From positions 1,984,001-2,048,000 of the forward strand of contig OY969696.1 of the NCBI GenBank assembly GCA_963702005.1: 64,000 nt of DNA, written 5' to 3'. Position 1 is the stretch's first letter. The number at the start of each line of letters is the position of its first letter. Below are positions 59,355-64,000 of the stretch, one piece after another. Position numbers and translations under genes: made by a program. The notes under the pieces are model-generated. The model saw only the letters and a list, made by a program, of their open reading frames with translations. It did not search any database and was not told the origin of the DNA. The DNA is from Candidatus Aminicenantes bacterium (GTDB lineage: Bacteria; Acidobacteriota; Aminicenantia; Aminicenantales; JAFGBC01).

Positions 59355-60853
59355 CCGGGGATTCGCAGGGTGACGATGCTTTCTTGGACGTCCCCATCCT
59401 GTTCGCGGTGGATGAGGAGCATCAGGGGGTCGCCGGGCCGGGCCTGCTTGAGGGCGGCTTCGAGATCCTGGATCCGGCTCGCCTTGCGGCGGTTGATCTC
59501 GAGGATGACGTCTCCGGCCGCAAGCCCCTTGCGCTCGGCCTCGCTGTAGGGGCGGACTTCGCTGATGAGAAGGCCTTCCTGGACGCGAAGCCCGCCGCGC
59601 CGGGCCAGGTTCGGGGTCAGGGCGTTCACCGAGATCCCGATGTCCTTGCCCGATTCGACCGCGGACGGGTTCTTTTCCTCAGGCTCGAGCTCGGTTATGA
59701 CGGCGGTCGTCGTCCGCTCCTTCTCGTCGCGGATGTACTTGATCTCGACCTTGGAACCGGGTTCCATGTCGGCGATCTTGAAGCGAAGGTCGTTGGAGTT
59801 TTCGACCGGCTGGCCGTTGACGGCCACGATGACGTCGTAGCGCTTAAGGCCCGCCTTGTCGGCCGGCCCGTCCGTTTCGACCGTGTTGATCAGGACGCCC
59901 TTGCTGGACTTCAGGTTGAGGCTCTTGCGGGAGTCGTCGCTAACGGCGGTGATCCTCACGCCCAGGTACCCCCGGACGACCCGGCCCTTGTCCTTGAGCT
60001 GGGAGACGACCCTCTTGGCCAGGTTGGAGGGGATGGCGAACCCGATCCCGATGTTCCCGCCGGTCGGGGACAGGATGTTGCTGTTGATGCCGACGACCTC
60101 GCCCTTGAGGTTGACGAGGGGGCCGCCGCTGTTCCCCCGGTTGATGGCGGCGTCGGTTTGGATGTAGTCCTGATAGTCGGGGACGTTCAGGCCCGATCCT
60201 CCGAGCTGTCGGCCCTTGGCGCTGACGATGCCGGCCGTCACGGTGTGCTCCATGCCGAGCGGGTTGCCGATGGCCACGACCCATTCCCCGACCTTGAGCT
60301 GGGAGGAGTCGCCGAGCTCGGCGGCGGGGAAATCCTTGCCCTCGATCTTGATCAGGGCCAGGTCCGACTTGGGGTCGGTCCCGACGATCTTAGCCGTGTA
60401 ATCTTCGCCCTGGACCGATGTCGCCGTGACCTTGGTCGCGTTCTCGACGATATGGTTATTGGTGATGATGTATCCGTCGGGCGAGATGAAGAAGCCCGTC
60501 CCCTGAGCGTAGCTCTTATATTCCCGATTGCGGTTCTGGGGCGTCCCGAAGAAGCGGTCCCAGAAGTCGTCGAAGGGCGATTCATCGAAGAACCCCGTCT
60601 CGGGGGCCTTCTCCATTTTCTCGGAGACGATTTTGAGGACGGCCGGGCCGACCTTTTCCGAAATCCTGACGAAGTCCAGGTCGGGCTTGACCTGGGGGGC
60701 CGAGGCGTAGAGGTTGCCGGACAGGGCCGACGGCTTATCCGGAACGCCGGCGCCGGCCGGGGCGTTCTTGCCGGGGTGATAGAGAAAGAGATAGCCGGCG
60801 ACGATGATCCCCAGCAGGAAGCTGCCCAGGGAGAACCAGACGATCTTTTTCAT
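59351..60853 (-). CDS. degP: Do/DegP-family serine endoprotease with two PDZ domains
   Basis: GTGF, TNNH, SDLA, IQTDAAINRGNSGGPL, GIGFAIP and two PDZ domains. Confidence 0.92.
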   Translation of the reverse strand: MKKIVWFSLGSFLLGIIVAGYLFLYHPGKNAPAGAGVPDKPSALSGNLYASAPQVKPDLDFVRISEKVGPAVLKIVSEKMEKAPETGFFDESPFDDFWDRFFGTPQNRNREYKSYAQGTGFFISPDGYIITNNHIVENATKVTATSVQGEDYTAKIVGTDPKSDLALIKIEGKDFPAAELGDSSQLKVGEWVVAIGNPLGMEHTVTAGIVSAKGRQLGGSGLNVPDYQDYIQTDAAINRGNSGGPLVNLKGEVVGINSNILSPTGGNIGIGFAIPSNLAKRVVSQLKDKGRVVRGYLGVRITAVSDDSRKSLNLKSSKGVLINTVETDGPADKAGLKRYDVIVAVNGQPVENSNDLRFKIADMEPGSKVEIKYIRDEKERTTTAVITELEPEEKNPSAVESGKDIGISVNALTPNLARRGGLRVQEGLLISEVRPYSEAERKGLAAGDVILEINRRKASRIQDLEAALKQARPGDPLMLLIHREQDGDVQESIVTLRIPG

Positions 60854-60978
60854 AACAAAGCCTCCAAATGAAGATTCACACGATAGCACAGTCCGTAACT
60901 TATTTCAAACGATCGGAGAACCCGAAAAAGTTGCATTCGAGCTCCCGGGAAGGGTATGATCGAGCCGCCCGGCAAACC

Positions 60979-61587
60979 ATGACAATAGGGAAGCGGCGCG
61001 GGATTTTGATCGTCCTCGAGGGGATCGACGGGACGGGGAAGTCCACCCAGGCCGCCCTCCTGGCCGAAAAGCTCAGGGGACTGGGGGTGAAGACATCCGT
61101 CTTCCGGGAGCCGACCGACGGCGTCTGGGGCCGCAAAATCAGGGAGAAGGCCAAAAAAGCCGGTTCCTTGACGGCCGAGGAGGAGCTGGACCTTTTTCTC
61201 CGAGACCGGAGGGACAACGTCGAGAAAAACATCAAGCCGGCCCTGGAGCGGGGAGAGACCGTCATCCTGGACCGCTATTACTTTTCGACCATCGCCTACC
61301 AGAGCGCCAAGGGGCTGGATGCCGGGCGCATCCGGCGCCTCAACGAGGAGTTCGCCCCGCCGCCCGACCTGGTTTTCATCCTCGACCTCGACCCGGAGAG
61401 CGGGCTGGGACGGATCCGGGAGCGGGGGGCGCGGGACGAGCTTTTCGAGCGGGAGGATTATCTCCGGAAGGTCCGGGCCGTCTTCAGGAGTTTCCGGGGG
61501 CGCCGCTTCATCCGCATCGACGCCTCGAGACCGATCGAGGCCGTCCACGAGAAGATCGCAAAGCTCGTTCTGGATAGATTGGGCTGA
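60979..61587 (+). CDS. tmk: Thymidylate kinase
   Basis: EGIDGTGKSTQ, REP, LDRY..ST.AYQ, PD....LD. Confidence 0.93.
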   Translation: MTIGKRRGILIVLEGIDGTGKSTQAALLAEKLRGLGVKTSVFREPTDGVWGRKIREKAKKAGSLTAEEELDLFLRDRRDNVEKNIKPALERGETVILDRYYFSTIAYQSAKGLDAGRIRRLNEEFAPPPDLVFILDLDPESGLGRIRERGARDELFEREDYLRKVRAVFRSFRGRRFIRIDASRPIEAVHEKIAKLVLDRLG

Positions 61588-61605
61588 TTCTGCTATCCTA
61601 ACTCC

Positions 61606-64000
61606 ATGGCCGGCGAGAATGGAGCCGACGGGAAGAAGCTCGTCCTTGTCATAAAGATCCGCAAGCTCAACAAGCGCAAGCTGTTCAAGATCGCGTTCCT
61701 GGCCGCGTTTTTACTGGCCGCCTGCGGCCTGGGCGCGCTGGTCGGGCTCTACATGGGCGCCCGCCGCGATCTGCCCGACGTCGAAGAGCTCGAGCGATTC
61801 CAACCCAAGATCATCACCAGCATCTTGGCCGACGACGGCACGGTCGTCAAGGAGTTCGCCGAGGAGCGCCGGGTCGTCATCCCCTACGAGAAGATCCCCG
61901 ACCTCCTCAAGAAGGCCATCATCGCCACCGAGGACCCGCGCTTCGAGCGGCACAAGGGCATCGATTACCGGGGCATCCTGCGGGCCGTCAAGGAGAACCT
62001 CAAGCTCAGCCGGCGGGGCCGGCTGGAGGGCGGCAGCACCATCACCCAGCAGCTGGCCCGGGAATATTTCCTCTATCCCCAGCAGGTCCTGTCCCGCAAG
62101 CTCAAGGAATGGCTCCTGGCCCTGCGCATCGAGAAACGATACACCAAGCAAAAAATCCTGGAGATGTACTGCAATAAGTTCTTTCTCGGCCACGGCGCCT
62201 GCGGAGTCGAGGCGGCCGCCAATCTCTTCTTCGGGAAGAGCGTCGGAGAGCTGAACCTCGAGGAGTGCGCCATGATCGCGGGCATCTTTCGGGGCCCTTC
62301 GATCTACTCGCCCTACACGAACTACGACTCGACTTTACGCCGCCGCAACCACGTCCTGACCCGGATGGCCGAGGAGGGTTATATCAGCAAAGCCCAAGCC
62401 GAAGCGGCCAAGAGCCGTCCCATGACGGTCCTCCCCCTGCGCCGGGACGAGTCGGATTTCGGCGCCTACTTCTTCGAGGAGGTCCGCAAATATCTCGAGA
62501 AGAACTACGGAAGCAACGCCCTCTATCGGGCCGGGCTCAAGGTCTACACGACGTTCAACCCGCGCTACCAGGAGCTCGCCGAGAAGGCCCTCAACAAGGG
62601 CTTGCGCGACATGGACAAGAAAAAGGGCTGGCGGAACGATAAAAAGAATCTTCTCGCCGAGGGAAAGGCCGACCTCGAAAAGATCTGGCTCCCCGGCTGG
62701 CGCGTCCCGGCCCTTCAACCCGGTGAGCTCACCGAAGCCGTCGTCCTGGCCGCATCCCGCAAAGAGGCGACGCTCAGGATCAAAGACTACCTGGGCAGGA
62801 TGAAAAACACCGACATCCAATGGACCAGGGCGGGCGCCCTCGACACCCTCATCAAACGGGGGGATGTCGTCCTGGTCTCGGTCAAGAGCGTCGACGAAGA
62901 CAAAAAGGAGGCCGAGGTGTCTCTCGACCAGGAACCGCAGGTCGAGGGGGGGTTCCTGGCCGTTGATCCGCTGACCGGCCAGATCAAGGCCATGGTCGGC
63001 GGCTATTCCTTCAAGCGGAGCCAGTTCAACCGGGCCACGCAAGCCCTCCGCCAGACCGGATCGGCCATCAAGCCCGTCCTCTACACGGCCGCCCTGGAGA
63101 ACGGGTTCACGCCGGCGAGCATCATCCAGGACTGGCCGGTCAATTTTGAGGATAAATGGACGGGCGAGCCCTGGACGCCTCCCAACTACGACGGCAAGTA
63201 TAAGGGCGCCGTCACCCTGCGCCGGGGTCTCGAGGAATCGCGGAACGTCGTAACGGCCAGGCTCCTCGAGTATATCTCCCCCCAAGTCGGCGTTCAGTAC
63301 TGCAGGAAGTTCGGGATCACCTCGAACGTCTATCCCTATATGTCCCTGGCTTTGGGCGCCTTCGAAGTCACCTTGGCCGAGCTCGTTTCGGCTTTCACGA
63401 CCTTCCCCAACAAAGGGGTCCGGATCAAGCCGTACTTTATAACCCGGGTCGAGGACAAGGACGGGAACGTCCTCGAGGAAGCCCGGGTCGAATCCGAGGA
63501 AGTCGTTTCGCCCCAGACGGCCTACATGATGACGAGCCTCCTCCAGGGCGTTGTCCAGCGCGGGACGGCCGCCGCGGCCAGCTTCCTGGAGAAGCCCTTA
63601 GGCGGCAAGACGGGGACGACGAACAAATTCACCGACGCCTGGTTTATCGGGTTCTCGCCCTCGCTCTGCGCCGGCGTCTGGGTCGGCTACGACACGCAGA
63701 TCACGCTGGGCAACCGCCAATCGGGCGCGGTGGCCGCTCTTCCGATCTGGATCGACTTTTTCAAGAACCTGATCGACGACGAAAAAAAGAAGGCCAAGGA
63801 GGCGGGCGTCGAGGTCCCGCTCGAGGAATTCGAGGTCCCGCCCAACTTGACCTTCGTCGAGATCGATCGCAAGACCGGTCTCCTGGCGACGCCCTTTTGC
63901 CTATTCCCGCTCAAAGAAGTCTTCGTTCCGGGGACCGAACCGATCCGCTTCTGCTCCCACCTGGACCACATGATGTCCCTGGACTACTACTCCGTGGAAA
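61606..64000 (+). CDS. Penicillin-binding protein 1A (class A), 3'-truncated by window; absent from ORF track
   Basis: ATG 61606 opens a frame to the window end: TM helix, EDPRF..H.GID, GGSTITQQL, RQTGSAIKP (SxxK), SRN, KTG. Confidence 0.93.
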   Translation, partial: MAGENGADGKKLVLVIKIRKLNKRKLFKIAFLAAFLLAACGLGALVGLYMGARRDLPDVEELERFQPKIITSILADDGTVVKEFAEERRVVIPYEKIPDLLKKAIIATEDPRFERHKGIDYRGILRAVKENLKLSRRGRLEGGSTITQQLAREYFLYPQQVLSRKLKEWLLALRIEKRYTKQKILEMYCNKFFLGHGACGVEAAANLFFGKSVGELNLEECAMIAGIFRGPSIYSPYTNYDSTLRRRNHVLTRMAEEGYISKAQAEAAKSRPMTVLPLRRDESDFGAYFFEEVRKYLEKNYGSNALYRAGLKVYTTFNPRYQELAEKALNKGLRDMDKKKGWRNDKKNLLAEGKADLEKIWLPGWRVPALQPGELTEAVVLAASRKEATLRIKDYLGRMKNTDIQWTRAGALDTLIKRGDVVLVSVKSVDEDKKEAEVSLDQEPQVEGGFLAVDPLTGQIKAMVGGYSFKRSQFNRATQALRQTGSAIKPVLYTAALENGFTPASIIQDWPVNFEDKWTGEPWTPPNYDGKYKGAVTLRRGLEESRNVVTARLLEYISPQVGVQYCRKFGITSNVYPYMSLALGAFEVTLAELVSAFTTFPNKGVRIKPYFITRVEDKDGNVLEEARVESEEVVSPQTAYMMTSLLQGVVQRGTAAAASFLEKPLGGKTGTTNKFTDAWFIGFSPSLCAGVWVGYDTQITLGNRQSGAVAALPIWIDFFKNLIDDEKKKAKEAGVEVPLEEFEVPPNLTFVEIDRKTGLLATPFCLFPLKEVFVPGTEPIRFCSHLDHMMSLDYYSVE

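Overview
GC-rich bacterial chromosomal window. Gene content suggests a diderm, peptide/glycan-scavenging organism, possibly Candidatus Aminicenantes/Acidobacteriota; this is inferred from the many exported beta-propeller, PEGA and HEAT proteins and a KKFPW-type hydrophobic motif. About 45 CDS are present. The first 53 kb is mostly exported hydrolases and propeller proteins, an iron/cobalamin-type ABC transporter, a flavo-FeS amino-acid dehydrogenase, an ECF sigma/anti-sigma/HEAT operon, an FeS-FAD oxidoreductase plus acyl-reductase-like pair and a Ser/Thr kinase-NHL-VKOR cluster. The right end is housekeeping: tRNA-Gln(CTG), nrdR, hsp20, lon, dapF, degP-like, tmk and PBP1A (truncated by the window). 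There is one complete IS630 with a slippage-type A9 frameshift. No CRISPR array, integrase, reverse transcriptase or prophage was seen. The most notable observations are a DapF with both catalytic cysteines replaced by serine, a VPS10-type propeller carrying a tandemly duplicated helical insert, a 28-bp duplication of a gene 3' end flanking a two-gene block, two families of dispersed palindromic elements, an apparently autoregulated ECF-HEAT envelope module, and a hidden frameshift in the reductase gene. All product calls come from motif recognition only; no database searches were run.
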